64,000 nucleotides of DNA, taken from contig JAUIHG010000001.1 of the NCBI GenBank assembly GCA_030432405.1, positions 5,908 through 69,907 of the forward strand, given 5' to 3'. Shown here piece after piece: positions 54,054 through 63,695 of this stretch (positions are counted from its first letter, which is position 1; the number at the start of each line of letters is the position of its first letter). The notes beneath the pieces were generated by a model that was given only the letters and a program-made list of their open reading frames with translations, was not told the origin of the DNA and searched no databases. The position numbers were made by a program, and so were the translations under genes. This DNA is from Bacteroidia bacterium (GTDB lineage: Bacteria; Bacteroidota; Bacteroidia; Chitinophagales; BACL12).

Positions 54054-54512
54054 ATGCCTCTGAAAACGTGTACACACATCCTTGTTGCGGCCTTGATGGC
54101 CTCTTGTGGGGCGGCTGATCAGGCCAAGCATACGCCTACAGCAGAAGCAGTACAGGAAGACGCCGAACTGCACAGCCATGCTGTTGACATCCGGTTGAAT
54201 GCAGGTAAAAAGTGGGCTGTCAATGAAGCGATGAAGCCACATATTGAACTGGGACGCTCGGCTTTGGATGCTTACATCCAGGAAAAGAACACCGACCATC
54301 AAGAACTTTCCAAAACCCTTGAAAGGCACAACCAAGCCCTGATTCAGAGTTGTACCATGACCGGAAAGAGCCACGATGAACTCCACAAGTGGCTGCATCC
54401 ACACATGGGTCTGATCCGCGCATTGTCGGAAGCCCGAAACGAACAAAAAGTCAGTGAGATCATCAAGGGATTAGAACGATCGTTCCAGACCTACGAAGAC
54501 CATTTTCAATGA
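54054..54512 (+). CDS. Hypothetical helical lipoprotein, His-rich
   Basis: I use the internal ATG at 54054. The lipobox-like sequence is ILVAALMASCG. The mature part is predicted helical, with scattered His residues (HSHAVD, KPHIE, TDHQE, ERHNQ, KSHDELHKWLHPHMG). Confidence 0.5.
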   Translation: MPLKTCTHILVAALMASCGAADQAKHTPTAEAVQEDAELHSHAVDIRLNAGKKWAVNEAMKPHIELGRSALDAYIQEKNTDHQELSKTLERHNQALIQSCTMTGKSHDELHKWLHPHMGLIRALSEARNEQKVSEIIKGLERSFQTYEDHFQ

Positions 54513-54796
54513 ACCTGAGCGGATTGCATACAACGGGGAAGGCCGTCAGCGCCAAGCCCCTTTCGGATAAACTGGAATCAAAAGCTGTTTCCATTCAAAT
54601 GCGGGAAGGGGGGCTGCTGAAAGAACACTGCACCAAGACCCCTGCCCTGTTATTGTGTGTGTTGGGGTCAGTGGAATACGGCGATGAAAATGGAAACACC
54701 GTTAGGCTCCTACCGGGCGATATACACCCTATTGAACCCCTGGTCAAACACTGGGTAAAGGCCTTGCAGGACAGCCAGCTTTTGTTGCACAAATAG
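54509..54796 (+). CDS. Small cupin-like protein
   Basis: The start overlaps the upstream stop codon (ATGA). 95 aa. LKEHCTKTPALLLCVLGSVEYGDENGNTVRLLPGDIHPIEPLVKHWVKA resembles a minimal cupin barrel. Confidence 0.45.
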   Translation: MNLSGLHTTGKAVSAKPLSDKLESKAVSIQMREGGLLKEHCTKTPALLLCVLGSVEYGDENGNTVRLLPGDIHPIEPLVKHWVKALQDSQLLLHK

Positions 54797-54850
54797 CCGC
54801 TGCTGCTGGTCGGCCGGCAATGCCCTGGCAAGCCGCCCGTTTTCATTGCC

Positions 54851-55726
54851 TCAATTGAAGGCGTAGGCAAAACCGATCGATACGGTGCTGAAGTGCAGCC
54901 AGTTTTTGACGTAGCCGTCGCTTGGCGGATCGGGGTTGTCGGAGGTACCGACCGCACCTCCACCGAGGTAGCGCAGGTTGAGAAAGGCACGGACGGGTTC
55001 GATAATCTGCACGCCCGTGCGTAGGCTGGCGTCCAGAATGGCGCCGGTGACTTCGTTGTCGCTGCCGTTCAGGTAGCTGACCGGCGCGTAGATGCCGTCG
55101 GCTTCAAGTTCCAGGTCCCAGTGTTCCCCGAGTTGGGTATTGGTGCGGATTTTCAAGGCGGGTACGGGACCAACATCGCGGTTGGTGCGGAAGCGGTTGC
55201 CGCTGCCGGATTCAAAGGAGATCGTAGCGTTGCGCAACTGCAGGCTGGCACCGATGGCAAACCCCCATTGGTCGTTGTTCGGCATCAACTCCCGCAGGTA
55301 ACTGATGCGGTAGAACGGGAAATTGTAGAGCAGTTTGACGCTGCTGTTGGCGGGAAAAATCAGATCGTCGACAATCAAGTCTTCGTTGAGCAGGACCTGG
55401 GTCTCCAGGCGCAACGGTTGGTACAAAAAGACAAACGTGTTGCGCTCGTTGAAGTCCAGCTCTACGGAAAAGCGCGTGACGGGAAAGAGTACGTCCTGCC
55501 CGCCGTCTTCGCGGTAGTCAAAATAGGTGCCGTTGTTCCCGAATTGGACCTTATGGTCCAAAACCCCTACAAAGCCGATTTCGGCAATAGCCCGGAAAGC
55601 AGGATCAGACGAGCTGCTCTCGCCTTCTTCGGGTTCGTTGGTGGTTATCTGATAGCCGTTCTGCGCGGTTGCCAGCGCGCAAAACGATAAGGTCAAGAGC
55701 AGTACGGCGATTCTGTGCATATCCAT
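54851..55726 (-). CDS. Hypothetical outer-membrane beta-barrel protein
   Basis: I use the internal ATG at 55726 (MDMHRIAVLLLTLSFCALATAQ). It shows an alternating beta-strand pattern and ends ...FSTVSIGFAYAFN. Confidence 0.5.
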   Translation of the reverse strand: MDMHRIAVLLLTLSFCALATAQNGYQITTNEPEEGESSSSDPAFRAIAEIGFVGVLDHKVQFGNNGTYFDYREDGGQDVLFPVTRFSVELDFNERNTFVFLYQPLRLETQVLLNEDLIVDDLIFPANSSVKLLYNFPFYRISYLRELMPNNDQWGFAIGASLQLRNATISFESGSGNRFRTNRDVGPVPALKIRTNTQLGEHWDLELEADGIYAPVSYLNGSDNEVTGAILDASLRTGVQIIEPVRAFLNLRYLGGGAVGTSDNPDPPSDGYVKNWLHFSTVSIGFAYAFN

Positions 55727-55810
55727 AGATAGTTGGTGACGGTATCCAAAGGCAACCAGACGCATAGGGCTTTGGTTCACCAAAAGCCGCACGAATTCAA
55801 GAAAGTTGAG

Positions 55811-56152
55811 CTAGTTGCTCCACACCGCATAACGCTTGCGGCGCAGCTCGAGGGTGAGCTGCTTTTCTGCCGCCAGGGCTTCCTTGCGCGTTTTGAAAAC
55901 CGGCAGGTGCTCGTAGAGGCTGGGGCGCAGGTAGATGCCATAGCGCTGTACGATGTTAGCGCTCAGTTTTCGCCCTTGGGCGTTGCGGTGACCTTCCTTG
56001 TGCTGTTGGAGGCGCTCCTGCGGCGTCTTGCTGGTCTGGCCCACGTAAAGGCATTCCAGCATGCCGTTGAATTGCGGATTGGCGGCACGAAAGCGCGCGT
56101 GTTCGGTGAACACGCGGCGCGAAAGCTCCACAACGTACACGCGGTAGGGCAT
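55811..56152 (-). CDS. Small GIY-YIG-like domain protein
   Basis: 113 aa. YRVYVVEL...LECLYVGQTSKTPQERLQQHKEG...EALAAEKQLTLELRRKRYAVW resembles the GIY...YVG core with downstream Arg/Glu. Its ATG overlaps the phoD-like stop codon by 1 nt (TGATG). Confidence 0.45.
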   Translation of the reverse strand: MPYRVYVVELSRRVFTEHARFRAANPQFNGMLECLYVGQTSKTPQERLQQHKEGHRNAQGRKLSANIVQRYGIYLRPSLYEHLPVFKTRKEALAAEKQLTLELRRKRYAVWSN

Positions 56153-58146
56153 CAGCGCAACAGCACGCTCCGGGTCAGCCGCTCGGCTCCGCGCTGGCCC
56201 TCCATCTCGATGCTCAACAGCATCGGACCGGAGGGCAGCTCACCAAGCTCGGTGCGCAATTCGTAATGGCCCGCCGGCAGTTGGCCGGCGAACAACTCCT
56301 GCAGCCGCTGGCCATCCACCCCGGTCAACCAGGCGCGGACCGGACCGCCGCGTTGTACGCTGAAGGCGGCGGTGATGCGGCGATCCGCACCCACGGGGTT
56401 GGGATACACGCTCCACAGGTGCAGGGCGGGCAGTGCCGTCAAGCCGGTGGTGCCTGCGGTGGGATCCGGAGCGGGGTCCTGTTGCTCGGCCTTGGGCGGA
56501 GCTTCGGCGCTGGCCGTTTGCAGGTGGTTTTCGCCCGAAAGGGTGAAACGTCCGGTCCCCCAAGCCTCCACGGTGGACGGCGCGTCCTTGGTGTCCACAA
56601 AGTACCAGTCGCTTTGCGCACGGGTGGGCGTCAAATCCAACACGAGGTAGCCGTGGCGGTCAAAATCGTTGAAGGCCCCGTGCGGGTTTTCGTCCAGGAA
56701 AAGGCCCTCCACCAGGTTGGCCAAAAACACGCCGATGATCTCGTCGAAATTCGAAGAAGAAATGCTGGGGGTGACAAATTCCACCGCATGGCTTCCCGCG
56801 GCTGTGGCGGGATTGTAGAAGAGGCTGTCGCCGTCCCAATCGGGCACGTCAAAGGCGATGGAAATGTGCACGTCGCCGGTGCAGAAAACCACGTCCTGGA
56901 TGGCGTTCGCCGAAAGGCTGTCCAACAAACGCGAACGCTCGGCCGGATAGCCGTTCCACACGTCCAGAAACTGGTCCTGGGCACCGGGATACACACCTTC
57001 GAATTCCGCGAGCAAAAGCGGGGCAAAAACCACCTGATTGCCGATCAGTTTCCATTGGGCCGTGCTGTTGCGCAGGCCTTCGTTGAGCCAGGCAAATTGA
57101 TCGGCACCGAGGATGGTGCGCGACGGGTCCCACAGCGCCGGGTCGGTGTGGTCGGGGATCTGTTCTTCCCGTCCCTCCAGGCGCGTGTCCAGCATGTGCC
57201 ATTCGGCCAGGCTGCCGTAGGAGACCCGGCGGTAGACCTTGAAATCGGGTTCATCGGGGACCGGCACCCATTCGAAATACACGCGGCGCGCGCGGTTTTT
57301 CCGGTTTTCCCAGGAGCCCTCTGTGGCCGGGCTGTGGTTTTCCGCACCGCCCGTCCAGGAATCGTTGGCCGACTCGTGGTCGTCCCAAACAAAAATGAAC
57401 GGATGCTGCTGCATGGCCCGGCGCAGGTCTGCATCCAGGCGGTACCAGGCATACCGCGTGCGGTAATCGTCGGAAGACAAAATTTCATTTTCGGGTTCGA
57501 GGATGCCGCGGTCCGGATCCGATGTATCGCTTTCGTACTCGTAAATGAAATCGCCCAGGTGCACCACCGCATCGATGTCGTTGCGTTCGGCAATCCTGCC
57601 GAAGGCGTTGAAATAGCCCCCTTGGTAGCTGTTGCAGGACACCACGGCAAACTTCAACTGATCGGCGTCCTGATCCGCCGTGCGCGTGCGGCCGATCAGG
57701 CTTTTGATGCCCCCACTTTCAAAACGGTAATAGTAGGTGGTGCCTTCCGCCAGGCCCGTGACCGGGATTTTGACGGTATGGTCACGGCTGGAATCGGTGC
57801 TCACCGTGCCGCTTTGCACAATGCTGGAAAAGGCCGTGTCCGGCGCCATTTCCCAGTCCACGGTCAGCACATCCCCGGGGTCGTCCGGAGTCACGCGGGT
57901 CCACAGCAGGATGCCGTCGGCCGTCGGGTTGCCGGAGGCCACGCCGTGGTAAAAGGGGGCCAGGCGAGGGTCCACGGTGGCGGTACGGGCCAGTGGGTGG
58001 GCGGTGTTTTCGCCGGAGGCGAAAGCGGATTGATTGGATGCGGGGCCGGACGGGCCATGCACAATGGGCGTGAGATGAGCGTGCTGAGCCTGGAGCATGG
58101 TCGAGGCCAACAGGCTAAACAGTATGGACGGAAGGCGGTAGCGCAT
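56152..58146 (-). CDS. phoD: Alkaline phosphatase D (PhoD) family protein with a T9SS C-terminal sorting domain
   Basis: I use the internal ATG at 58146 (MRYRLPSILFSLLASTMLQAQ). Motifs are FYHGVASGNPTADGILLWTR, FAVVSCNSYQGGYFNAF, VHLGDFIYEY and FIFVWDDHESAND. The C-terminus is LWSVYPNPVGADRRITAAF...SVLLR. Confidence 0.85.
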   Translation of the reverse strand: MRYRLPSILFSLLASTMLQAQHAHLTPIVHGPSGPASNQSAFASGENTAHPLARTATVDPRLAPFYHGVASGNPTADGILLWTRVTPDDPGDVLTVDWEMAPDTAFSSIVQSGTVSTDSSRDHTVKIPVTGLAEGTTYYYRFESGGIKSLIGRTRTADQDADQLKFAVVSCNSYQGGYFNAFGRIAERNDIDAVVHLGDFIYEYESDTSDPDRGILEPENEILSSDDYRTRYAWYRLDADLRRAMQQHPFIFVWDDHESANDSWTGGAENHSPATEGSWENRKNRARRVYFEWVPVPDEPDFKVYRRVSYGSLAEWHMLDTRLEGREEQIPDHTDPALWDPSRTILGADQFAWLNEGLRNSTAQWKLIGNQVVFAPLLLAEFEGVYPGAQDQFLDVWNGYPAERSRLLDSLSANAIQDVVFCTGDVHISIAFDVPDWDGDSLFYNPATAAGSHAVEFVTPSISSSNFDEIIGVFLANLVEGLFLDENPHGAFNDFDRHGYLVLDLTPTRAQSDWYFVDTKDAPSTVEAWGTGRFTLSGENHLQTASAEAPPKAEQQDPAPDPTAGTTGLTALPALHLWSVYPNPVGADRRITAAFSVQRGGPVRAWLTGVDGQRLQELFAGQLPAGHYELRTELGELPSGPMLLSIEMEGQRGAERLTRSVLLR

Positions 58147-58227
58147 GCCGTGAAGGTATTGAGCGCACATTAAGCACACCTTACGTCATCGCTGCGTTTC
58201 CCGTACTTTGCTCTTCAGCCTCGCCCT

Positions 58228-60576
58228 ATGTCCAGCCCTTCAGCACCCACCAACGCCGAACCCCAATCCCATAAACCGCAGGGTTTCTGGTCCGAACTGC
58301 GCGCCCGCCGCGTGCCGCAGTTTGTCGGCTCTTACCTGGTCGGTTCCTTCGTTTTTCTGCAATTCCTGGATTGGTGTGCCAGCCGCGATTTCTTCTCCGG
58401 CGACTGGGCCATCCTCGTCTTCCGTTTCCTGGCGCTGCTCCTTCCGAGCGTGATCCTGTTGTCCTGGCGCTTCGGCCGTCCAGGCCCGGACCAATGGAAA
58501 AAAGTGGACAAGGTTGCCGTTCCGGCGAACGTTATCGGCGCCATTCTGCTCGTGGTCTTCATGGCCTTTGGCATGCCCTTTTTGCGGGCCGGCCAAACGA
58601 CCGTCACGGTTGAGGATGAAAATGGAGAAACCATCCAACGCGTGGTGCCGGAGGCCGACCGCATCAAACGCGTAGCCGCGTTCTTTTTTGAGAACCGCAG
58701 CGGCGACCCGGAGCTGGATTACCTGCGCCACGGCCTGCATTTTCTGACCACCTACGACCTGAGCCAGGACATGATGCTCTCGGTCATGAGCTCGCAATAC
58801 CTCATTGCCGAGTTGTGGCGCCTGAGCCCGGAAGATCCATTTGATATTCCTCTGCTGGCCCAGCGCGAGGTGGCGGAAGATTACCAGTGCACGCATTTTT
58901 TCAACGGGGCCTTCGCCCGGGAGGGCGAAAACTGGGAGGTGGACCTGGTGCTTTACAACACCAAAACGGGCCGCAAAACGGCGGAGCACCAATACCGCGG
59001 TCGTGATCTGTTTGCGCTGATCGACCAGGCTTCGGTGGAACTGCGCCGTGACCTCGGGGTGCCGGAATACCACATTGCCGAAAGCGAAGACCTGCCCATT
59101 GCCGCCATCACCTCTGACGATCTGAAGGCCTACCGCAAGTACATTGAAGGGGCCAATGCGTTGTTGCTGCACAACGACTACGCCAACGCGGAAAAGGCCC
59201 TGGATGAAGCCATCGCCCTGGATCCGCGGTTTGGCCTGGCGCATTTCATGCAAATGCAGGTCTACGCCAACGGCGGGCAGCCCGAGCGCGCACCGGAAGC
59301 CATGGACAATACCATGGATGTGCTTTACAATTTCCCGGAGCGCATGAAATTCCTGGTCAAAGCCACCAATTATGTGGTCACCGGGGAATCCGAAAAGCGC
59401 ATGGCCATCCTCAGCATGTGGGTGGAACTGTATCCACAGGACGCTTCCGGCATTACGCAATTGGCTTATTCCTATCAGCAGATGGGCGATTACGAAGCCG
59501 CTGCCGGTATTTATGAGGAAGCCCTGAAATTCGACGACAACCGCGGCGAATTTTTGGTGCAATTGGGCAGTTGCTACGAATTGATGGGGCGTTTTGACGA
59601 CGCGCTGGCACAATATGCGCGTTACACCGAACGCTACCCGGAAAGCACCAAAGGCCTCAAGCAGGCCGCAGACGTGTACCGCAACACGGGCCGCTACGCG
59701 GAGGCCTGGTCGGCCTACGAGCGCATCATGCTGCAGGAACCGGACAATATCACGGTGCAGATCAACATGGCCGCGGTGCGCGAATGGGAAGGCCGTTTTG
59801 ACGATGCCCTGGCGCTGCTGGAACAAGCGGAGGAAGATGCTGCCTCCATAGTGGACCAGGCAAGCGCCGCTGGCGAACGCGCCTCGCTTTTGGCGGAGCT
59901 CGGCCGCATCCGGGAAGCCATTGTACTGCACGAGCAGACCACGGAAATGCGGCGCGTGTTTGATCGACCGTTCAGTCTGGCATTTCGGGGCATCGACATG
60001 ATGTCCTACCACATGCGCATCGGCGACACCGCCACGGGCATGCAATACTGGCGCGCCAACAAGCCCATGTTCAGCGGGATTTTCGCCGACGGCGAAGGCT
60101 TTTACCGGACGGTTTATGGCGTGGCCATCGAAAACCCGGACACCATTGCCGCGGGCCTCGAGCAGGTTCAACGCTTTTCGGACGCGTTTGGCGCAGACCC
60201 GCGCTTTCTGGTGCAAATGCGTGCCGAAAAGCTGCGCCTTGAAGGCAAACCCGATGAGGCCGCCGCGCTTTACGGTGGCTTCATCGACAACCGCCGTGGG
60301 CAAGTTTATCGGGGTCGCGTGGAACTTGCGGAACTGCATCGCCTGGCCGGTGATCTTCAGACCGCTCAAAGCATCATCGATGAAGTTCTGGAGCTCCTGC
60401 CCCGCTACGCCGAAGGCCTGATGGAGGCCGCAGAAATTGCCCGGGCCCGCGGAAACCGCAAGGCGGCCGCTGCTCACCTGGACGAACTCCTGGGCGTTTG
60501 GTCCAAAGCGGACCCGGACTTTGCGCCCTTGGTCGAGGCCCAGGCCATGCGCAAGGAAATCGAGGCCGGTGTTTGA
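58228..60576 (+). CDS. Membrane-anchored tetratricopeptide-repeat (TPR) protein
   Basis: 782 aa with 3 N-terminal TM helices. The C-terminal ~480 aa carries multiple TPR-like repeats (YANAEKALDEAIALDPRFGLAH, MGDYEAAAGIYEEALKFDDN, GRFDDALAQYARYTERYPES, GRYAEAWSAYERIMLQEPDN). Confidence 0.8.
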   Translation: MSSPSAPTNAEPQSHKPQGFWSELRARRVPQFVGSYLVGSFVFLQFLDWCASRDFFSGDWAILVFRFLALLLPSVILLSWRFGRPGPDQWKKVDKVAVPANVIGAILLVVFMAFGMPFLRAGQTTVTVEDENGETIQRVVPEADRIKRVAAFFFENRSGDPELDYLRHGLHFLTTYDLSQDMMLSVMSSQYLIAELWRLSPEDPFDIPLLAQREVAEDYQCTHFFNGAFAREGENWEVDLVLYNTKTGRKTAEHQYRGRDLFALIDQASVELRRDLGVPEYHIAESEDLPIAAITSDDLKAYRKYIEGANALLLHNDYANAEKALDEAIALDPRFGLAHFMQMQVYANGGQPERAPEAMDNTMDVLYNFPERMKFLVKATNYVVTGESEKRMAILSMWVELYPQDASGITQLAYSYQQMGDYEAAAGIYEEALKFDDNRGEFLVQLGSCYELMGRFDDALAQYARYTERYPESTKGLKQAADVYRNTGRYAEAWSAYERIMLQEPDNITVQINMAAVREWEGRFDDALALLEQAEEDAASIVDQASAAGERASLLAELGRIREAIVLHEQTTEMRRVFDRPFSLAFRGIDMMSYHMRIGDTATGMQYWRANKPMFSGIFADGEGFYRTVYGVAIENPDTIAAGLEQVQRFSDAFGADPRFLVQMRAEKLRLEGKPDEAAALYGGFIDNRRGQVYRGRVELAELHRLAGDLQTAQSIIDEVLELLPRYAEGLMEAAEIARARGNRKAAAAHLDELLGVWSKADPDFAPLVEAQAMRKEIEAGV

Positions 60577-60775
60577 AGCAGTCAGGCCTTGCTGGCAGCC
60601 TGGCCTTGCCGAAGCTGGTGGCACACCCACCCGGTCCCCATACAGGCCCAAATGCTGCGCGTGCGTGAACTTCGCAGTGCAGCCGCGATCGCATGCCCAG
60701 GCAGATACCGGGCCACGCGCTGCAGCCGCCCTTCTCCCCGCTTTCCGCACCGCCCGTCCCGCGCCAGCCAATCCA

Positions 60776-61405
60776 ATGCCCATGCCCCGTTTCCGTACCG
60801 CCGCTTTGTTGTTGCTCCTGACCCTGCTGGCCGGCTTCGCCGGCGAAAGCCAGGCGCAAACCGCAGAACCCAGCAACCACTACAACGCCGACGAAGGCAC
60901 CACGCTCTCCGGCTTCGGGGGAGCGCTGCTGCACTACAGCACCGTAGACGGCGACGCGCGCATGCAGGTCGGGGCCGGCGGCGCGCTGTTGGTCAACGGA
61001 CGCTACACCGTGGGCGTCTACGGCATGCTCATGGTGCCGACCATCGAACGCACGGTTTTTGACCCGCGCATCACGTCCTCGGACAGCATGCTGCTGGACA
61101 TCGGCTTCAACCACGGCGGCCTTTGGGCCGGCTACGCGGTCAATCCCAAAAACAAGCTCCAGGTCGGCATCAACAGCCTGTTTGGCATTGGCGCCTTCCG
61201 CGCCCCGGAAGTCAACGGCCGCGACCGCGTCTACGTGCTCAGCCCCTTCCTGAGCGTACAGTACAGCGCCACGTCCTGGATGCGCCTCGAGCTTCAGGGC
61301 GGTTACCGGGCCGTGCTCTCCGAAAACGACCTCGACCTATTCCGCAACACCGACCAGGGCGCACCCTTCGGCGGGTTGGCGCTCAAGTTCGGGGTGTTTG
61401 ACTGA
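60776..61405 (+). CDS. Hypothetical small outer-membrane beta-barrel-like protein
   Basis: I use the internal ATG at 60776 (MPMPRFRTAALLLLLTLLAGFAGESQAQ). It is Gly-rich with alternating strands and ends GLALKFGVFD. Confidence 0.5.
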   Translation: MPMPRFRTAALLLLLTLLAGFAGESQAQTAEPSNHYNADEGTTLSGFGGALLHYSTVDGDARMQVGAGGALLVNGRYTVGVYGMLMVPTIERTVFDPRITSSDSMLLDIGFNHGGLWAGYAVNPKNKLQVGINSLFGIGAFRAPEVNGRDRVYVLSPFLSVQYSATSWMRLELQGGYRAVLSENDLDLFRNTDQGAPFGGLALKFGVFD

Positions 61406-61431
61406 GGCCAGCCTCCAGGCGTGCCACACGG

Positions 61432-62598
61432 TTACAACACCTCCCCCGCTGCCAGGCGCCATTCTTTGTACAGCGCACTGCGGTGCAGGCTGGGGACCGA
61501 CTGTGCAATCCACGCATCCAAGTCATCGAGCGGCAGGCCACTGCCGGATACGAGGTCCAGGATTTGGTCCAGTGCTTCCTGTGGGTCATCCAGCGCCTGG
61601 CAGTTCAGGCCCGCCCAGGGCAGCAGCGGAAAGTCGGGCTGGTAGTCCTCGAAATCGGCATACGCCGCTTCCGCGCTGGCGCAGTCGCCGGCCCATTCGG
61701 CCGCCAGGCCGGTATAAAACCGCAACAGGGTATCGGCACCAAACTGGCGCTGGAGGTCGCCGGTGGCCCGGCGAAGGCCATCTCCATCCCGCGCGCGCAA
61801 CGACCAGCTGAAGGCCAGGTGCGCCATGGCCGGCGCTTCCAACACATGGCCGGAAGCCAAGGCCTCCTCCGGAAAGCGCGAATGGCCCGCATCGGAGAGC
61901 ACCCGCAGGCGCTCGGCCACCACCAGGGGGTGGGCTTTGGCCGTTTCGGGCAAGAGGTCCAGGGCATCCAGCGCCGCGGACGGGTTTTCGGCCTCGGATT
62001 GTCGCGAAGCCTCCACCAGCGCAAACACCGTCTGGCTCAGCACTTCCGGGCCCAGGGCAGCGCGCAACTGCTCCATGGCCGACCAGCGCTGGTCCATGCT
62101 CATGGCCCCGGGGTATTCGGTCCAGTCGGCAATCACCAGGCTGTCGCGGCCGTAGCCGTTCGCCGGCATCGGCGCCTGCCCCAAAGCCAAACGCAAATAC
62201 ACCGGCCGCTCCCCATCAAAGTTGCGGAACCAGAGCAGAGGGCCCTGTGCGCCGCTGCTGTCGCGTTCGATGCGCAGCAATTCCAGCATCCCGAATTCGC
62301 GTTCGGCGGCCGCCCATTCCTCGATAAAGCCGGTGCCCAGGTTGGACACCGGGCTTGGGCCTGCCGTGGAGTCGCTGCCTGCGGTCGGTGTGGCCTCCAG
62401 ACCCGTGCCGATGCCGCCGCTGAATCCCTGGGGCGGCACCATGCGTTCGCGCAGCCATTCGGCATTGCCCACCTGCAAGGCGTGGGTCGCCCTTCGGGCG
62501 AAGCCTTCCACCGCCTGCGGATTGTCCACCAGGGCCTTGCTGGGGTTGGTGCAGCCGAAGCCCAGCAGCAGCATTGTGGCAGACAGGCCCAGGAGCAT
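61432..62598 (-). CDS. Hypothetical lipoprotein
   Basis: I use the internal ATG at 62598 (MLLGLSATMLLLGFGCTNPS, lipobox-like). 388 aa, acidic and helical. The upstream 72 codons of the track ORF are Arg/Gly/Pro-rich and unlikely to be coding. Confidence 0.5.
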   Translation of the reverse strand: MLLGLSATMLLLGFGCTNPSKALVDNPQAVEGFARRATHALQVGNAEWLRERMVPPQGFSGGIGTGLEATPTAGSDSTAGPSPVSNLGTGFIEEWAAAEREFGMLELLRIERDSSGAQGPLLWFRNFDGERPVYLRLALGQAPMPANGYGRDSLVIADWTEYPGAMSMDQRWSAMEQLRAALGPEVLSQTVFALVEASRQSEAENPSAALDALDLLPETAKAHPLVVAERLRVLSDAGHSRFPEEALASGHVLEAPAMAHLAFSWSLRARDGDGLRRATGDLQRQFGADTLLRFYTGLAAEWAGDCASAEAAYADFEDYQPDFPLLPWAGLNCQALDDPQEALDQILDLVSGSGLPLDDLDAWIAQSVPSLHRSALYKEWRLAAGEVL

Positions 62599-62780
62599 GG
62601 ACCATGCCCCGTTCAACCGGCATGTCCGCGGTGGGCATGACCGCGGTGCGCCAGACCAAACCGCGGCACGCCGCGGCGAGCATAGCTTGTGTTGTGTTCC
62701 CGGCATGGGACAAATGTAAACCGGACGCCGGGGGCAAGAAATGATGCAGCGCAGCGGCAGGGACGAGCCACGCGTTCCGC

Positions 62781-63695
62781 CTAAATCTCCTCCACCGCCT
62801 TTGCCCGCGCCCAACCCACGTTGCCGTCGGCCAGGCCGAGTTGCAGCCAGGTCGTGCCGGACTCGCTTTCGAGTTCGTCGAGCAGGTCCAGCTTGTAGCC
62901 TTCGCGCAGGATGTAGAGGTTGGTGCTGCTTTCCGTCGGCGCGCTTTTGAGCACCACGCTGGGCGCCATGACCACCACCGCACGATCATTGACCACCTGG
63001 CGGTAGGCCGACCAGCCAAGACCAGTGGCGCCCAACATCAGCAACAAGGCCGTGGCGCTGATGAACAGACCCCGGTTGCGCCACACCGCCGAGCGCGCCA
63101 CAAACATCAGGGACAAGCCAATGAGCAACAGCAATCCCCAGATCAGGGCATTGATGGCCCAGCCGTTCGGCGAAAGCAGCCCCGTCCAGCCGCGCCAGAA
63201 GCGCTGCAGGGGATGCGTAGGCAAGGCGGACACCGCCTTGTCCGGCTGGCGGAGGTAGGCCAACTCCAGGTTGTGCTGCACATCGGCATTGCGCGGTTCC
63301 ATGCGGGCGGCGCGCTCAAAATGCAGGATGGCGGGACCCAGGTTACCGGCCTTGTAATGGGCGTTGCCCAGGTTGAATTCGGTGTTGAAGCCGCGGTAGC
63401 CTTCGGCCAACAGGCCTTCATAAATGGCGGCCGCCGAATCGTAATTGCCCGCGTCGTACTGCTTGGCGGCCACCGTCCAGCGGTAGGCTGCCAGGTCTTT
63501 CGGAGCGGAGGACCGCGCTTGCTCCGTGGCATAAGCCGGCTCTTCCAGCCGGTAACCGCCTTCCGGATCAAGGCCTTCCCCGGGCTGCTGCAGCGGTTGC
63601 GGCTCGGCCGTTTCCAGGGTGCCGTTTTGGGCCTGGAGCACGGTGCTGAACGCCAGCAGCAGCACCAGCAGATGGTATGGCCTCATGCGGATCAT
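62781..63695 (-). CDS. batE: BatE-like TPR / TM / SH3-like protein (aerotolerance-operon type)
   Basis: I use the internal ATG at 63695 (MIRMRPYHLLVLLLAFSTVLQAQ). TPR repeats read NYDSAAAIYEGLL and LGNAHYKAGNLGPAILHFERAARMEP. There are 2 TM helices and a C-terminal SH3b-like segment, VVLKSAPTESSTNLYILREGYKLDLLDE...WLQLGLADGNVGWARAKAV. Confidence 0.7.
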   Translation of the reverse strand: MIRMRPYHLLVLLLAFSTVLQAQNGTLETAEPQPLQQPGEGLDPEGGYRLEEPAYATEQARSSAPKDLAAYRWTVAAKQYDAGNYDSAAAIYEGLLAEGYRGFNTEFNLGNAHYKAGNLGPAILHFERAARMEPRNADVQHNLELAYLRQPDKAVSALPTHPLQRFWRGWTGLLSPNGWAINALIWGLLLLIGLSLMFVARSAVWRNRGLFISATALLLMLGATGLGWSAYRQVVNDRAVVVMAPSVVLKSAPTESSTNLYILREGYKLDLLDELESESGTTWLQLGLADGNVGWARAKAVEEI

